The position numbers and the translations under genes were made by a program. Positions 27,152 to 41,300 of a stretch of DNA of 64,000 bases are shown here, in pieces. Positions within the stretch are counted from its first letter, which is position 1. Every line of letters starts with the position of its first letter. Origin of the DNA: a virus (lineage: Duplodnaviria; Caudoviricetes); IMG/VR virus record IMGVR_UViG_3300028887_000070, positions 167,847-231,846 of that record; one strand, given 5' to 3'. The notes under the pieces are model-generated. The model ran no database searches and was not told the origin of the DNA. It saw nothing but the letters and a program-made list of their open reading frames with translations.

Positions 27152-29254
27152 TTAGAACGCAGAGAAGATATTAGAGATCTTCGTGGTCAGTTTCTGACCT
27201 ATATTAGCAGTAAGGTTGAACGGAATGTCTACCCACTTGCTAGTTATATTAAGTGTAGCATACAGCTTAACGATTCTGGTAAGCTCAGGTTCATTGATAT
27301 TGATACCACATAAGCTGCAGAGATAGTCAAGCTCTTGAATGTTCTCTAGTGTGTTACTCTTAGCAAGTGTGATAGGAGTCATAGAGATTGAAGAATAGAG
27401 ATCCTGAATAGTAAATGATACATCTACTACTGTAGGAAGACCATCCTTTGTCCATCCACCTTCCTTACCCTTATTGACTGTCATCTCAGTGATGATACCC
27501 ATGTCTATATTGAATGATCCCTTATAGAAAGCCTTTACAAGGAACGGTGCAGAATAACCATTGTGGTACTCACCTCTAGGCATAACGAGTCCTATAAGAT
27601 GACACAGAGGAACATAGATATTTAACCACCACGACTTGACGTCATAGTAGGGTGTAGTAAGCTTGATACTTACTTGATAGCTCTTGTTGTATGAGGAGTT
27701 AGACCAGATATTAGGGAACTGAAGTCTACCACCAGTAGCTACAGTCTTCAGAGATCCAAGTAAGCTAGAGAAGATATTACCATTTCCAGCGAGCTTAGAG
27801 GTGAAGTCATCTATAGCCTTACGAGAGTTAGCGAATACGTCTCCCAAAGCATCAAAGTCCTCTGCTATCATAGATGATGTAGTACCCATAAGGAACTGCA
27901 TCTCTCTTGCTGCATCAGAGAAACCGTTGATCTTAGACGCAAGACTTGATTCTGTAGTCTCATTCGAGAAGTTATCTGAGAACTGAGACTCAGATGTGAT
28001 ATAAAATGGGATAACTTGACGATAGTATATCCAAGACAAAGTATCTTCAGCCCACTCTACAACCTTTTCGAACGCAGAGTTAGTCTCATTGTCTCCCTTG
28101 AATGAATCGTCTTCTCCGCTATTATCAGCCCAAGCCCAGTTATAGTCGGAACAAGTACGTCCATCAAGCATTCTATACTCGTTATACTCTGCTTCTGAGT
28201 CGAAATCATCTGCTATAGCTCTCTTATCTTGGTCTGTAGCAAGATGATCAAGTCCTAAGAGAACTGCACCTATTCTACACATAGGGTTGACATACTGGAA
28301 GTACTCATTGTATGCTGGCTGTATAGAATACAGCTTACCAGAGTATCCATCCAGAAGGTCATTCAGGTTACCATCGTTACCTCCGAACATGTGATCAATG
28401 ATATTAGAGATAGCACCCTGACGTTCTGAAGATGTGTTATCTGCAAGGAATCTTGAGTTACCTGGAGTTAGATAGAGAAGTGGCATTCTAGACGCTATCT
28501 TCTCCGCAAAGGTTACACCAAAGATCTCATCTTCTCCAGCAGAGTTCGGATTGCCATTCTGAACTCTCATATCTGCAGTTGGAAGAAACTGATAAGGAAG
28601 ACCGAAGACGAATCTAAGTTTCTTAAGGTCGTTCATATTGTCTATAGCTTTACTATAGTCAGCAGCAGTAGCAGTAGGATCTGTAATCCAAAACTCATCT
28701 ACAGCATATGCTTCTATTCTAGCCATAGCTTCTTCGCCTTCTGCTCCTTCTCCTCCAGCAGCACTAGAGTCTCCTTGCATAACACTTATATTAGCAGACC
28801 ATTCAGATATGTTCTGGATTCTATTGAGATCAGCTCTACCACACTCTATAAACTTAGGTGTAGAAGCAAGATCTCTTCCAGCATCATGCTCTGAATATGA
28901 AGATACTTTAGTCTTCTTAATGTAGCTAGTGTTGTCTCCTCCTGTATAGAGCTTAGCTATGCCACTATCATCTGTTCCTATATTGATCCATACATACTGT
29001 GCTTTTTTCCAGTTGTTTCCTACTGTATCTGATGGTACCAATACTGATACGTAGTGCTTTCCATCTATAGCTTTATAATCATTCGTTTGAACCTTGATAG
29101 GACCACTGATATTACCAAGGAGTGAATCTGGTATATGGGAGAAATCTCCATATGCTGCTATAGAAGCAGCATCTATAACTAGCCAAGCACCAAAATGGAC
29201 ATTGGTTAGCATGGATATCATGTCTTTATGATCTACATAGAATGTATTAGCCAT
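27152..29254 (-). CDS. putative baseplate/tail tube initiator-like protein
   Basis: Late-type promoter; adjacent to the tape measure; FPNIWSNSSYNKSY, APFLVK and GLPTVVDVSFTIQDL suggest a gp48/gp54-like fold. Confidence 0.5.
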   Translation of the reverse strand: MANTFYVDHKDMISMLTNVHFGAWLVIDAASIAAYGDFSHIPDSLLGNISGPIKVQTNDYKAIDGKHYVSVLVPSDTVGNNWKKAQYVWINIGTDDSGIAKLYTGGDNTSYIKKTKVSSYSEHDAGRDLASTPKFIECGRADLNRIQNISEWSANISVMQGDSSAAGGEGAEGEEAMARIEAYAVDEFWITDPTATAADYSKAIDNMNDLKKLRFVFGLPYQFLPTADMRVQNGNPNSAGEDEIFGVTFAEKIASRMPLLYLTPGNSRFLADNTSSERQGAISNIIDHMFGGNDGNLNDLLDGYSGKLYSIQPAYNEYFQYVNPMCRIGAVLLGLDHLATDQDKRAIADDFDSEAEYNEYRMLDGRTCSDYNWAWADNSGEDDSFKGDNETNSAFEKVVEWAEDTLSWIYYRQVIPFYITSESQFSDNFSNETTESSLASKINGFSDAAREMQFLMGTTSSMIAEDFDALGDVFANSRKAIDDFTSKLAGNGNIFSSLLGSLKTVATGGRLQFPNIWSNSSYNKSYQVSIKLTTPYYDVKSWWLNIYVPLCHLIGLVMPRGEYHNGYSAPFLVKAFYKGSFNIDMGIITEMTVNKGKEGGWTKDGLPTVVDVSFTIQDLYSSISMTPITLAKSNTLENIQELDYLCSLCGININEPELTRIVKLYATLNITSKWVDIPFNLTANIGQKLTTKISNIFSAF

Positions 29255-29279
29255 AACGTTACCTCCTTCTTAGTCGTTG

Positions 29280-29292
29280 TTATAGAAATGTT
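29280..29292 (-). promoter_or_regulatory. late-type promoter AACA-N6-TAA
   Basis: AACAtttctaTAA. Confidence 0.65.
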
Positions 29293-29309
29293 CCAGAGGC
29301 AAAAGAAAG

Positions 29310-29333
29310 CCAGTAGAGGTTTCCCTCTACTGG
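29310..29333 (-). terminator. intrinsic terminator after the tape measure gene
   Basis: CCAGTAGAGG-tttc-CCTCTACTGG with a T-rich tail on the minus strand. Confidence 0.75.
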
Positions 29334-29343
29334 TCTTCTCACG

Positions 29344-32300
29344 TTAGTTCTTAGCTATCTGATATACTGCAGATGATATGTCTTTGCTTGTGGAGTTATT
29401 GAGTATAGAGTTGAGTGCTGTGATTGGAGCTGATGTGTTTGGTCTACCACCTGCTGTAGTGATAAGCTTAAGAAGATCAGCAGTTGTCGCATCTCCATTC
29501 TTAGCAGCAGTGTTAGCCACGATAGCAGCAAGGAGCTGAACTATCTGTTCGTTTCTAGCACTGTTATCTGCTATAGTCTTGAGGATTTCTACTACTGATG
29601 TAAGTTCCAGATTGATTGTAGATTCAGAACCTCTACCCATTCCCATACCAGAGTTAACTGGTATAGATACAGCATCACTACCGTTGATCTTAATGTTAGT
29701 CTGAGGAATAACACTACGTCTAGCAGTATTGTGTACTGCATCTGCATAGATACCTGTCTGAATCAGCTGTGGATTTCTGTTATCCTCAGCTCTTGTCTTC
29801 AGAAGTTTACGTCTATAGCTCTGATTCTCTGCGCCAAGAGTATTATAGATCTTCTTATTAGCAGACTTCATTCTCATAGCAAGCTCAGCCTGTCTAGATT
29901 GGCTAACCGTTCTAGGAGTTCTAGCTTTACCGAACTTGAATTCAGACATACTAATCTTAGGAGCTGTTTTACCCTGACCAGTGAAGAGGTGTGATTCATA
30001 TTCCTGATACTCTACGATATCATCGTTCGGGAAGCCCATGATGTAAACTTCAGGGTTGACGAATGTACCATCAGACTTCTTGATACCGAAGTGGAGATGT
30101 CTACCTGTAGATGAACCAGTATGACCACCTATACCGATTGGTGAACCGATATAAACTTGAGCATTCTCCTTAATGTCTTGATGAATTGCGTTAAGATGCA
30201 TGAACTGATAAATGTATCCGTCAGTACCAGTGATTTCAACATAGTTACCAGCTCCTCCACCATCACTAGAACCAAGACAACCAGTGTTAGGAGCATATCC
30301 GCTTGTAACGTGTGTAACGACACCATCACAAAGTGAGTATACTGTCCAGTCTTCGTCTGAAGAACCACATGAAAGTAGGTCAGTACCATTATGTCCATTA
30401 GGATGAACACCATCGTTATACCAACCGAATCTACATGAGCACTTAAACTTACCTCTGAATGGAGCAACGATCTGTCCATTGAAGTTAGTATTAACGTCGC
30501 CTGGTACACCACTGCTAGAACTTCCTTCTTCATCTGCTGTATCTCCGAAGAGAGCATCATACAGAGGTCCGAAGAGTTTCTTAGACGCAGCGATGATATC
30601 ATTGGAAAGAATACTAAAGAGTGATTGTTTGCCAGACGATGTAGATGCTGTTGATGTAGTAGTACCAGATTTAGCAGCTTCATCAGCCTTAGCATTCTCA
30701 CTAATCTCTTTATGTGTTCTTGTATCTTTGATTACTGTACCATACTTATCTGGGAAACTGTTACCCATATTAGTACGGCTCTTATATACAGTCTCAAAAG
30801 CCTCAGCATCAGTCTTACCAACCTTCTTGAGGTTTCTGAATGTTTCAGCCATATCGAACTGTATCTTTGCTTTCTGGAGATCTTCATTGACTCTATTCCA
30901 AGCAGCATCATAACCTGGTCCGCTTAAGTTCTTAAATGAACCATTGTGGTTCTTAAGATCGTTCATTTCCTTCATGCGCTTATCATAAGTTGCCTTAGCG
31001 TCATCATAATAAGCCATGTAGTCATAACCATCTGTTCCCTTACCGAACCTACTGAGTATTCTGTTAGCTCTACCCTTACCTGTACTATCTGTATCGCTCT
31101 TACCATTGACGATAAGTTCGTACAGTATCTTAGCATTCAGTCTTCTGAGACGATCGTAGATCATATTCTCAGAGTAGTGAACTCCCTCAGAGTTTCTACC
31201 ATTCCAGTCACCTGAAACTTCAAAGACTCTCTCGAAGTTAGCAGCTGCAGATTCGGGATCTGAGAGCTTCTTGAATTCCTCGAAGGAACCTACTGGTGTA
31301 AGTCCCTGAGATGCAAATGAAGGACTAGCGTTAGCAGGATTAGCCCAGTTACCGCCGTTCATGATCTCGTGTTTAGCATGTTCGAGGTTTGCTTCCCAAC
31401 TCCATACGTCACCAGCGAAGCCATTATCTCTAGCCCAGTTCTCGTGTTTAGAACCAGGAGTCCACTGCATGATACCGCCACCGTACCAGATAACGCCCTT
31501 AGTAGCAACGCTTCTGATAGAGTTAATACCACACTCTTGCTCCCAGTTACCTATAGCACCACAAGCTGCAGCAGGACTAAGTCCGCATTCACCAGTGAGC
31601 ATAGCGTAGAGCTCAACCTCATCATCAGTAATGGAGATTGTGTGTGTATTGCCAGCATCATCCGACAGAGTAAGTGTCTTACCCTTCATCTTAGAAGCAT
31701 CACCAGGATTTCCTCCAACAGAACCAGATGTGCTGCCCTTCTTAGTGCTAGAAGTACTAAGTACGTTCTTGAGAATCTTACCGTAAGGTACAAGTATAGC
31801 ATTAGCTGTATTGGAGATGAACTTCGAGAGAAGTGTCTCTTTACCCATACCAGTAGTAATCTTGACAGAACTGTTAGCCAGTGTAGAAGCAAGGTCGTAA
31901 CGGTCGCCACTTGTTCTAGACTCAGAGTCTTCAACAATAACTTTACCGTTCTTATCAATACCTGTAGCTACTACATAGTGAGCCTGGCTACCGTAAGGAG
32001 TGTTGCCACTATTGCTATAATCGTTACCCATCAGTACGACAGGATTACCATTAAGCAGTGACTTCAGAACACTCTTGTTGCTAGATGTAACGTTAGCAGG
32101 TATACCCTTATTAGCCAGATAGTCTGTAAAGAATGCAGGGTATGTACCACCGTTAACTTCCTTGTAGTTATTGGACATAGCGTACTTTCCAGCCTCTGTT
32201 ATATTGGCATCTCTGATACCAAACTTTCTAGCGACTGTAGCAGCAGCTGCAGGTCCACAACCAGAATCTGCAAGAGTTTGTCTTGTAGAGTCTCCCTTAG

Positions 32301-35300
32301 TAGAGTAAGAACCGTTATAGTCTCTCTGATAGATATGATCTGGATCATATGTACCATTGCCATAACTGTCATCACTACCCATACCGAAGATACTCTTTAT
32401 CTTACTTATACCAGTCTTGATAGACGAAGTAAGCTTTGATGTAAATGAAGTGTCTGACTTGGAGTCTGCACCAGTAGATACCTTAGCTGTCTTGATATCA
32501 CCCTTGTCACTACTCATAGCTCCAGTAACATTCTTCATTGTGTTTGATACGATTGCGAATGGTGCCTTAACTACTCTTTCCATGAGTTCTTTCAGAGAGA
32601 ACATAGAGTCAGCTATGCCGCCATTAGAGTCTCCTCTTACTTCCCAGAACTTAGAATCGAGAGGTGTCAGTGTACCATCGTTTATCTTCTTATCGACAGA
32701 AGAGTTCTTAGAGACGAGGCTCTTGAATGTCTTGCCGATATCAGATACCTTTCCGAATGCATTAGAAAGTCCGTTCTTAATAGAGTCCTGAATAGTACCA
32801 GTAACTCCAGATGGATCCATGCCAAGTCCGTTGAGTAAAGCAGATGGAATCGGATACATATTCTGATCAGCACGAGCATTGAACCAACCCTTTACGGTGT
32901 TCCAACCCTTGCTAACAGCACCCTTTACAGCCTTACCAGCACCAGCGCCTTTCTCTACAATCCAGTCGCCTGCAGCTCTAGCTCCCTTACGAATGCCTTT
33001 AACTGCATCAGTATTCCAGATATCCTTACCAGCATCCTTGAACCAGTTACCGATAGCTTTAGTATCTTTTCCAGCCCAATCAACTGTTTGTGCCCATGCC
33101 TTCTTGATGCCACCTTCTTTAAGGTTCTTAATCTGAGTCTTGATTCTTCCAGGTATATTAGTAACAGCGCCAACGAGTCCGTTACCAGCCTTGTCAGCAT
33201 AGTTCCAGAATACACGGTCAAGCTTGTTCTTCTCTCTAGAGTAGTTATACTCTTCAAGAGACATGTTTGCACCATGCTCCTTGTTGTAAGCAGCTATGAA
33301 CTCCTTAGCATCTTGCTGTCTTTGAATGTATTCATCTTCAAGACCGCACTTAGCTATAGCTTCGAATAGGTGGATAACTGCTCCTACGCACTGATTAGGC
33401 GTAAGAACGATTACGAGTCCACTAAGCACCTTAGCAAGACCAGCAAGCTGTCTATCTACACTGTCTACTTCATCTGGAGTAACTTGGAGAATGTCTGCTG
33501 CTTGTGTCTTACCCTTAGCATAGTCTATAAGCATAACAGCTACTTCGATGATTGCACCTATAACCTTTCCAGCTATAGTAACACTCTTCTTAGCACACTG
33601 CTCTACTACTTCCTTAGCAGCCTTCTCAGCACCCTCTTCGATACCTTCCTCGACACCCTTAGATGTGATCTTCTTACCGAACTTAGATGCTATACCTTCA
33701 ATGAACTCTTTTAGCACTGAACCGTCTCCGAAGAGTTTCTTGAATGCATTCTTAATGAAACCAGTAAGCTTAGAAAGTATACCGCTCTTAGCAGCTTTCT
33801 CAGCACCCTCTGTAATAGCTTTCTTAGCTCCCTTTTCGGCAGCTTCTTCAGCCATTTCTTTAAGTGCCTTCTCTCCGCCTTCCTTAGCGACTTTCTCTAC
33901 AGCCTCACCAGCTACTTCCCTAGCAGCCTTCTCAGCTACTTCTTTTTCCATCTTGGTAATTGCACCCTTAGCACCCTGTTCAATACCTTCTTCTGCTACT
34001 TCCTTAGCATTCTTCTTGAAGAGGTCCTTAACGTTTGTACTAAGAATTTTATCGAGACCCTTATCTTCGATCTTGTCGGCAAGCTTATTGATAAGCTTGT
34101 TCTTCCAACCCATCTTAGCACCTCTGTTTGATGCCTTATCGGTGAGTTTCTCGATTGCCTTACCTTCCTTTTCAGCTACAGTGCCAACACCCTTGAAGAC
34201 TTTACCGCCAAATCCAGGCATCCTACCAAGAGTTTTCTTAACTCCGATAGCAGCTTTCTGAGTTCCTTTACCGAACAGTCTAGAACTAAGTGCATAGAGA
34301 CCTTTATAGCTCTTATTACCTATAAGTGCTCTCTTACCATATCCTGAAACAAGTCTATTGCCAAGACTAGCTTGAGATACGTTTGAAGCATCTGCTTCTT
34401 CGGCGTTGATAAGATTCTCTTCAGCATGCATACTATTCCATACATTGCTAGTTCTATAGTTAGAATTCTGAGCTTCTATAAGGTCTTTAGCCTTGTAGTA
34501 GTTGCCATTAGCATCCATTCTGAGAGGATTCTTGTGCTCTGTATCGTCATCAGCATAGTATACAGCGTCACCAGCTATATCTGTTCTTGTGCTAGTAGCA
34601 TTGATTGTTTCGGAAGTTCCTACAGCAGTAACTTTGTTTCCACCGCTAAGAACACCGAGAGAGCTATTAAGCTTAGCCATATCAGAACCAATCTGATAAC
34701 CTGAACCAGAACCTACTTGATTGATTTCACCTTCATTGGATACTGCGAAGATATTCTTAGCACCAGTGAATGGGTTAGTCACAGTATGAACTGACTTAGC
34801 ATCAGTTACTATAGCCTGATCAGCAGCATTGAGCTGGTTATATGCATCGATATTGTTAGCCACGTCGACTAAGCTAGAAGGATCACCCTGTCCAACTTCC
34901 GTACTATTAGGCTTCTTGATAGCATTGATTACACCCTTAACAGCATATCCTACACCCTTGAAGAGAGCAGGGATAGCATTAGTGGTTACGATTTCAAATC
35001 CCTTAGTTACTACACTACCAACACCATTCTTAACCCCTTCCAGTACCTTAGGAAGTTTAGTCATTATAGCATCAGCACCAAGTTTCCAGAGATCTACGAG
35101 TGTATGAAGGAGTCCCGAACTTCCCTTATCAGGTGCAGCATACTTACCTTGATTAAAGATCCAGTCCTTAACTCCCTTGAAGAAGTTCTTTACCTTAGCA
35201 AGTGCTGGAGATATCATGTTAGCGAGACCGCTAAACATACCGCCTTCCCACTTCTCTACGGTGTTTCCATCTTCATCTTGATATGTGTTCTTCTTACCCA

Positions 35301-38300
35301 GGAAGAGAGGACCAAGCTTATCCTTAAAGAAAGGCATAAGGTGTTCCTTAACCCAAGGCTTTACGAACTGTTTATAGATTCCAGCGAACAGAGGAGCGAA
35401 GATAGCAACCTTAACGGCACCCTTGATGATCTTCTGAATCAGAGAACCACCCTTCTCCTTGATATTACCTATCTTATCCTTAAGGCTCTCCTTGGTGTTA
35501 TCCTTGATACCCTTAAGTTCCGTAAGCATCTTAGAGAATACGCTGTTCTTTTCGTTATCCTGAGCATCCTTTGAACCCTTCTCTGAGTTCTTGTTGCCTG
35601 AGAAGAAGTTCTTGACAGCTCTAATAGGATGGAATCCATCTGAGAGGAATGCATTGGTGTGAATCTCACCGTCTCCCTCTACAGGTTTATTAGCATCGAA
35701 GTACTTCTCAGCCTCGCCAAGAAGCTTCTGATTGATCTTGAGATTGAGGATTCTGTCGATCAGGTCAGCATAATCCTTCTTTCTCTTCTTCTGCATGAGA
35801 GAAAGTTCCTTGGAGAAACTTCCTTCCTTCTCAAACTCAGGGAATGCAGCTTTTACGTACTCCTTAAAGCCATCTACAGTGAATGGATAAACAGTACCCT
35901 TATACTTTACTCCCTTATGTCTAGGCTTGTAACTATTCTTGAACTTCTCGTACATCTCTGATACGATCTTTCCAAGAATTCTACGACGCTTAGTTACATA
36001 TGCATCATCAGTAACAGTAAGTATGTTACCTCTCTTATCGACATCGCCCTGTCTAGCCTTACTACCAACTGAATACTTCTGGTTTTCACCAAGCCATCCA
36101 GCCAATGCATTAGCTTTAGAGCCCATCTTATTGAACAGTCCACCTACAAGAGGTACATGAGAACCAACAGCGCCTACGACACCGACAGCTCTAGCACCAA
36201 GTTTAGCAGCTCCTATACCTCTACGAGCAAGGAAGTTATTTTGATGCTTAAATCCACCGAAGTTTCTAGCATTAGCATTTCCACCTGCAGAAGCATTTCT
36301 AAGGTCGTGATCTCTCTCGAGACTCTCCAGAGCTTGAAGTCTGATTTCATCATTACTCATGCTTGGATTCTGTTCTCTAATAGCAGCTAATCTTTCACTA
36401 ACGTCTCCTCTGAGTCCGCTAGCTGATGCTAATCCACTAGTAACCTTAGATCTATCGTGACGAATTCTACTCAGAAGAGCTTCATCGTCAGTGTATCCCA
36501 TCTGAGAATTGATAGTTTCAATCTCATAGTCAGAGAGCATACTCTCGCTAGCATAGCCTCTAGCCTTAGCATAATCTGCTTTAGCCTGTTTGAAGCTAGA
36601 ATCACGTTTATATTTCTCTGCGTTGAATTGATCGTTGGTATCTTTATACTGATAGTAAGCATCCCATATAGCCTTACCGATCTTCTCAGGGAGATCTGCA
36701 ATCTGATCAGAGATAACCGCTACATTGTTCTCGATCTTACCCTGTGGTGTAGCTATACCATCTTCTGCTTCCTGATGATACTTAGATTTATATTCTGTAT
36801 GGAAGTTCTTCTTAAGCTTCTCGAGACCCTTCTTGTTCTTAAGGAACTTCTCGCTTATACCAGCCTTCTTAAGATTCTCAAGCATCTGCTCCTTGCTAGT
36901 GTTCTTGAACACTTGCTGCTGTTGCATGATACGCTGAGTATCCTTCTTAAACTGATCGAGAGCCTTAAGTATGATCTCTTGATCTGCCTTGTCGAGAAGA
37001 GTTCTTCCGTCTTTACCCTTAGCTTTGCTCTTGATAAACTTCTGAGCAGCCTTGAAATCTGGAGCTGGATATCTGAGCATCTTAGTTACTCTACCAGCAT
37101 CTGCAGTATTCATATACTCGAGGAGTGAGTTAGAGAAGTCATTCTTAGCCTGATTATAGCGATCTCTGTAAGGATCACCAGTAGTCAGTGCAGCAAGCTG
37201 AGCTTCTATATCACCTATCTGAGTAGAAGTTCTGTCTCTAGCAACGTCTGCTATATTAGTATCGAACTCAAGACTTTCTGCGTTCTTGAATCCTCTACCT
37301 CTCATAACAGCATCAAAGCCAAATCCGAACTTATGCTGATCTCTATACTGAAGTCTCTCTTCAGCAGACCTATTGAAAGCAGTACCTCTACGTATACGAC
37401 CTCTTTCAAGTCTATTGCCCACGCTCTTAATCATGTGAGCTCCAGCCATGAATGGAGACAGTGCTATAGTACCGCCAACCTTAACTGCTCCACCTATCAG
37501 CTTCTTAAGAGGATTCCTAAGGAAGTCTGTTATACGAGCAGCAAGATTCTCTCCGAATACATTCTCGAAGTGCTGTCCTATCTTCTCAGCGAATGTATCC
37601 TTGATATCTTGAGCGACATTCTTAAAGGACTGAGCTATAGACTCTGCACCTTCCTTGAAAGGCTTGATTACCCAATCCTTAACTTCTCCCATCAGACCGC
37701 CTTCACGTTTCTCTTTACCATTCTCATCCTGAACCTTTTCACCGAATACTGCACTCATAGTGCTTTCGATAAGATCCTGACCGAAGTTCTTAAGAGGGTT
37801 AAAGGCTTTCTTAATAGTACCTACTACGCCACCCTGTTTCTTTCCATCAACTTCCTTACCAAAGATGAACTCCTTGAACTTGTCAGTTGATGCCACCATA
37901 CCTGCAGCACTACCAAGTAATGCACCAGGCAGTAATCCTATAGGACTGAAGACTGCACCAGCAAGTGCTCCTAATCCTATCTTAGGAAGTTTCTGCTTGA
38001 ACTTCTCCTTATCTCCAAGAAGACTATCTTCACCGAAGATAAGACCGTCAAACATTCCTTCGTGCTCAGCGATTCCTGCAGCTCCTCCGAGGAGTATACC
38101 TGCAAGCGGTCCAAGCGGTGTAACAAGACTAAGTGCTCCTCCCAGGAGTGCCCCTTTACGCATACTTGGGAATGCTTTTTGGAGTTCTGTAGAGATGAGT
38201 CCATTATCAGCTCTCTCGCCATTCTCTCCAAGATCACCGAATATAGCATTAGCAAATCCGTTAGATCTCTTAGAGAGTCCTGTAGCTATTCCAATACCAG

Positions 38301-41300
38301 CACCGAGAAGTGGCATACCGAGAAGTGCACCAGCAACTCCACCAATACCAGCCTTAGCAAGATAATCTGCTGCTACGTCCATCTTTTCTCCGTTGTTGAA
38401 GAAGTCAAGTATGGACTGTCTTACTGTCTTTTCGTCTGTATCGGTACCTTCAGATACAGTAGCATTAGCCATAAGCTTGTTACGGTAGTTACGCTCTGCA
38501 GCATACTGTCTAGATGCCTTAGAAGGAGATGCAGGGTTGATTACTACATCACCCTTAGAGAGTCCATAAACTCCCATTCTAGGTACAACACCAGAACCTC
38601 CACGTCCCATAACGATTTCGCCAGGGGAGAGGATAGATGTCATGTTGCTTTTAGCTACACCACCGTAAGCTGATGTAGGAGGATTATTGTCATTGCCGTT
38701 TATAGGATTTCCGAGAGCCTCAGCAATCTTTCTGAGAGGAGTAAGTATCTTCTCAAGTGTAGGTCCTATAACCTTATCGAGAGTCTCAGATATCTTCTTC
38801 TCTCTTTCGGCTTTAAGCTTCTCCTGTTCCGTAATCTCTGGTGTAGGTGGTTCTGGAATCTGAATAGAACCGATGTCTCTTATATTCGTATTGAAACCGT
38901 TATCTCTACGAATTCTGAGTCTTTGAAGCTTCTTATCCTTATCTTGTGCTTTGGTTTTACCGTGCAGATAAAGATCGGCATACCTGTCGAATACATCTTG
39001 TCCATTTCCACCAGCATCTGCCTTCATTTGGCTATAACCGATGTTGTGACTTATAAGGAACTGTATATACTTATCAGCTTCATTGTCGTCGGCTCCCTTA
39101 ACAGTAAATGCATTCCTGCACTTGTCAAGGAATCTATCGTCTTTGTTACCCTTGAACTGATTCTTAAGATCTCTAATCTTATCACGCTGTTCATCATCGG
39201 GCTTGATTGTATTAGTAGTTCTCTTAAATCTGTTCTTTACTCTATTGAAGTCGCTAGCTGGAAGCGGTTTGGTTCTCTCATTAGTGAAGTAATTCACAAC
39301 AGCCGATTGTCTAGCTGCATCATTATATGAAAGACCTTCGCTAGCAGCCCATTTGATATACTCGGTACCGAATCCAGTAATCTTTTGAGCAGTATACTTT
39401 CCAGGAATGAAAGCAGACTTGACTATCTGTCTGATAGCTTTCTTCTTTTCATTATCTGAACTCCAATCATACTTAGAATCAGACGATGATGATTCACTTG
39501 TTGATTCTTCATCTTTCTTGCCAGTGAGAGATCTAGCGTCACGTCTAGCCATTTCAGTTACATCGTGAGCATTCCTCTTGAGAGCATCGAAGATCCTATC
39601 TCCGATTCCGCCAGTTCTGAAGCCTTCGCCATCAGGTTTACCGATAATAGCTTCCTTAAGTTGACCAAAGAAACTATCTGGAGCAAAGAGTTTCTTAACG
39701 ACATTCTTCTGCCACCATCCATCTTCCTTGGTAAAGAAGTCTTCGAGCTTAGTGCCGATCATGTTTGTAAGAGAATCGAATCCACCCTTGAAGCTCTCCT
39801 GGAGCATTCCGAATAGACCCTTTTCCTCTACAGTCTCACCATCTTCGTTCTTCATCTTGAAAGCATGCTTGAAGAAGATATCATGAATCAGAGCCTCAGT
39901 ACTTACCATAGCATCTGTAGCATACTGCCATGGCTTATCTGCAATACTCTTCATGTACGCTCTAGCAAGTAAGAGCTTAGCCTTACCGCCTTGAGCAGCC
40001 TTCATCTGTTCCTTAAGGTCTTTCTCCTTATCATACTTGACAGCCTGAGCATTTTTCTTTTCATCAGATGAAATAAGGCCCCACTCTTCAAGTACATCGA
40101 ACATGTCCTTTTGATTAGCTTTCTCTTGTTTCTGACGCTCAACTTCATCTCTCTTGAACTCTTCAGTGATGTCATTGAGTATAGAACCAAACTGTCCCTT
40201 TACATTGTCACTACTAAGGTCAACTCTGTTAGGACGTCTGAGTCTCTTATTATAACGCTTATCACCAGACTGACGATATCTTTCATTCTGCTCCCATTTA
40301 GCTTTCTCTTCCTGGTAACGTCTTTCGAATGAATCCTCATCATGGCGTTCACGTCTTTTATGCTCAGCTTCGAGTCTCTTCCAGTCAAACTTTTCTTTCA
40401 GCTCGAATGTCATAGGTTCTCTAGAAATACTAGCATCACCAATATCGCCACCTCCGAGCATGATTGAAAAGAGTCCATTGTTTCTGATACCAGCAAGATC
40501 GAGCTTAATGTGCTTAAGATAATCGAAAATAGTGTATCCGTATTTATCTGCAGTCATAGCTATTGCTTTAGCAGTAGGTGAGTTCATTATAGACTTCTGA
40601 TCATAATCACCATACTTATTCTTAAAGCGTTCGAGCCATTCTCCGCTGTTCTTATTGATATCAATACCCTCTGAAGCAAACAGGAGTTCGAGTGACAGAG
40701 GATTGTTTCCTATGTCCTTTCTCTTGTCTGCATTTCTCTTACGAGATTCGAAGACACTCTTGATAGTATTGGCGAGGACAACTGTTACATCATCTCTACC
40801 AGTCAGTATAGGATTACCCTTAGACCAGTCAAGACCAGCAATTCTCTGCTGTTCTCTGTCGCGTTCCGCAGTACCATTACCGTATCTCCAGTCTCTCTTC
40901 TTAGTGTAACGATAGTTATACTTAGTCTCCTGAAAACTCTTCTGAATAAACTTAGCTACATCTTCATCAATGCCGTACTCTCTAGGATTACGAAGCATAT
41001 TGAAGTCTGGGTTCTCGTAGAAAGCATTAGCAAATGCAGTGAGTCCCTTGATGAACTTATCTGCATCTTTCTTATTTCTCATGATCTTGTTGAAGTCTCC
41101 TCCAACACCCTGTTTCATATAAGAGAAGAAGTCTCCCATAGCAGACATAGCTTTGTTCTTCTCATTCTTAAGAATCTCGTTATACTTAGCTCTTTTAGTA
41201 GTCCACTTACCACTGTTGTAGTCGAAGATCTCCTCATCTTCTCCAGTCAATGCAGAAGCAATCTTAGCGAGGTGATGTGGCATAACTTCAGTGATAGCTT

